A stretch of DNA of 64,000 nt from Squalus acanthias (Eukaryota). The translations under genes were made by a program, and so were the position numbers. Positions 63,001 through 64,000 of the stretch are shown piece by piece. Under the pieces are notes generated by a model. That model saw only the letters and a program-made list of their open reading frames with translations, had not been told where the DNA came from and did not search any database. The stretch lies in NCBI GenBank assembly GCA_030390025.1, contig CM059438.1, forward strand, positions 58,778,001 through 58,842,000, given 5' to 3'. Each line of letters opens with the position of its first letter. Positions within the stretch are counted from its first letter, which is position 1.

Positions 63001-63381
63001 CCCAGTGAGTATCAAACTGTCCCAGGCCCCAGTGAGTATCAAACTGTCCCCGGCCCCAGTGAGTATCCAGCTGTCCCCAGCCCCAGTGAGTATCAAACTG
63101 TCCCAGGCCCCAGTGAGTATCAAACTGTCCCCAGCCCCAGTGAGTATCAAACTGTCCCAAAGCCCCAGTGAGGATCAAACTGTCCCCGGCCCCAGTGAGT
63201 ATCAAACTGTCCCCGGCCCCAGTGAGTATCAAACTGTCCCAGGCCCCAGTGAGTATCAAACTGTCCCAAAGCCCCAGTGAGGATCAAACTGTCCCCGGCC
63301 CCAGTGAGTATCAAACTGTCCCAGGCCCCAGTGAGGATCAAACTGTCCCAGGCCCCAGTGAGTATCCAGCTGTCCCAGGCT
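45088..63381. repeat. 27-bp satellite (~18.3 kb, ~680 copies) with higher-order structure
   Basis: Unit ccccagtgagtatcaaactgtccc(a/c)gg; identical variant blocks recur at kb-scale offsets. Confidence 0.98.
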
Positions 63382-63861
63382 GGGTCTCAGAGCCTTCAGA
63401 TGAGGTGCCAACGTTTGAAACTTACAGCCTTGGACTCTCTAAGTTGTAACCGTATTTGGGGCAGTAAACAGAGTAAAATGTTTTCTTAAGAGCCATCACC
63501 TCAAATATCTGCACCTGCATTTCATTCCCACAAATACCGTCACTTCCCCTTAAGCCCTGCCAGAAACCTGCTCCATCACCTTTAAATGGAGTCAAGGGGT
63601 CGTGGCTCGCCCCTCCAGCCCATTCTCCTCCTTGGTTCCCAAATAATTATCATCACTGTATTTTCTGTACTTTGAGATTTAGTCTCGACTTTTGCTGCTA
63701 GCTTTATTCAGCTCTGCTCAAAGTCCTGCTTTGCATTGGGGACACGTGTTTACCAATAGGAATCTCTCTATTCTTAAGTTAAGAAGAAGAGGATGGTGAG
63801 GACAGCCTGTATAGATCTTGGATGTCAAGGAAACTCACCAAGTGCTGAGAGGGAAAGAGTA

Positions 63862-64000
63862 TGAAACCGAGGCCCTGTCTGCCCACTGAGGTGAAAGATC
63901 CCTTGGCACTATTCGAAGAAGAGCAGGAGAATTCTCCCCAGTGTCCTGGGCAAATATTTATCCCTCAATCAACCTCACTAAAACAGATTATCTGGTCATG
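63862..64000 (+). mobile_element. Deu-domain SINE fragment (SacSINE1/AmnSINE-like), cut by the window end
   Basis: aaaccgaggccctgtctgccc...aaagatcccttggcactattcgaagaagagcagg...tatttatccctcaatcaacctcactaaaacagattatctggtcat. Confidence 0.8.

Noticed and set aside
45088..63381. Numerous repetitive ORFs, or a CRISPR-like array
   Set aside because: Head-to-tail 27-bp units with no unique spacers and no cas genes, in vertebrate DNA; the ORFs simply reflect the 9-codon unit.
63426..63600. Possible upstream exon on the minus strand ending at a GTAAGT donor
   Set aside because: The longest open frame shows no CHAT/TPR-like motifs, has no clear acceptor and would end in phase 2, not the phase 1 needed to join exon A directly.

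Overview
Eukaryotic, repeat-dominated vertebrate DNA. The mix of CR1 LINEs, Penelope-like elements and Deu-domain SINEs points to a cartilaginous fish (inference). The main hidden signal is a spliced minus-strand host gene. Six exons (34543-34396, 29604-29438, 19910-19767, 14813-14535, 11846-11761, 2867-~2710) join through canonical GT-AG introns in consistent phase into about 327 stop-free codons. They encode the C-terminal end of a CHAT (caspase-fold) domain followed by two PUB-like modules, i.e. a highly divergent TTC28-like protein. Its 5' exons, and probably its last exon, were not found in the window. The introns hold one full-length and many truncated or nested CR1 elements, a rearranged Penelope-like element with minimal hammerhead ribozyme motifs, a solo LTR, two hAT MITEs, SINEs and minisatellite/satellite arrays (units of 14, 19, 27, 29/31, 32, 39, 45 and 48 bp). 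There is a 500-N gap at 44588-45087. The very long ORFs in the track are tandem-repeat artefacts.
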